A DNA stretch of 62,810 nucleotides from Steroidobacteraceae bacterium. GTDB taxonomy: Bacteria; Pseudomonadota; Gammaproteobacteria; Steroidobacterales; Steroidobacteraceae. Position numbers and translations under genes: made by a program. The notes beneath the pieces were generated by a model, which was not told the origin of the DNA, did not search any database, and saw only the letters and a program-made list of their open reading frames with translations. The stretch covers positions 1 to 62,810 of the forward strand of contig DATMRG010000012.1 of assembly GCA_035566495.1 (NCBI GenBank), written 5' to 3'. This document shows, one piece after another, positions 62,622-62,810 of this stretch (within the stretch, counting starts at the first letter, position 1; every line of letters begins with the position of its first letter).

Positions 62622-62810
62622 TCACCTCCCGCGCAGCTTGTCGGCGCCACGGGTCTCGGTGTCTACCTTGACGGTGAGTGCCGAGGGCCCGCGTCTTCTC
62701 ACCTGCACAGCCTCGCTGCCGAGCGCGAGCTCATCCCCCGGATCGAGCCGCGTCGGCGCGCTGATCCGCCTGCCCTTCACGTGCGTGCCGTTGGTGCTGC
62801 CGAGATCCTC
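62622..62810 (-). CDS. C-terminal 62 codons of an FHA-domain protein (5' part beyond the right window edge)
   Basis: Hand translation from the window edge gives EDLGSTNGTHVKGRRISAPTRLDPGDELALGSEAVQVRRRGPSALTVKVDTETRGADKLRGR*, the last strands of an FHA domain (DLGSTNGT motif). Stop TGA is at 62622-62624. Confidence 0.75.
   Translation of the reverse strand, partial: EDLGSTNGTHVKGRRISAPTRLDPGDELALGSEAVQVRRRGPSALTVKVDTETRGADKLRGR

Overview
This is a 62.8-kb, visibly very GC-rich chromosomal segment from a Gram-negative, proteobacterium-like genome. Evidence for that envelope type includes Kdp, TonB_C, a Wzi-type outer-membrane protein, lipobox lipoproteins and a MATE transporter. I can support about 57 protein-coding genes, and packing is extremely tight, with many ATGA/GTGA/TGATG start-stop overlaps and several convergent genes that share their stop codons. 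I saw no rRNA, tRNA, CRISPR array, transposase, integrase or prophage genes.

Recognisable content, left to right:
- prkA, truncated at the left edge.
- A tonB-like / CheA-like kinase / CheY / CheX operon.
- A complete kdpFABCDE locus.
- Cell-envelope housekeeping genes: LD-carboxypeptidase, GumN, rhomboid, YdcF and MATE.
- An orphan ParB/Srx-like protein.
- GH3 beta-glucosidase, an ECF sigma factor and a Wzi-like outer-membrane protein.
- A cyanophycin locus: cphB, cphA and an ATP-grasp-less cphA paralogue.
- DUF885 coupled to a non-pyrrolysine MttB-family methyltransferase.
- Several secreted peptidases and hydrolases (S9, S10, class-C beta-lactamase-like, VanX-like, BNR/sortilin-like, MBL).
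- An ABC-2 exporter.
- A membrane-anchored TIR-domain protein.
- The 3' end of an FHA-domain gene at the right edge.

Many long ORFs in the supplied track are antisense or out-of-frame shadows typical of high-GC DNA, and I rejected them.

The best candidates for something undescribed are:
1. The four-gene tonB-like/CheA-like/CheY/CheX operon at 2224-7362, which has no chemotaxis, motility or ExbBD partners.
2. The TIR-TM-periplasmic-domain protein at 53364-54644, which has a Toll-like-receptor topology.
3. The M-domain-only CphA paralogue at 30623-32344.
4. A Wzi-like protein fused to a second putative beta-barrel at 25988-28030.

All family calls come from motifs read by eye in the translations. 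No database search was run, and start codons are predictions.
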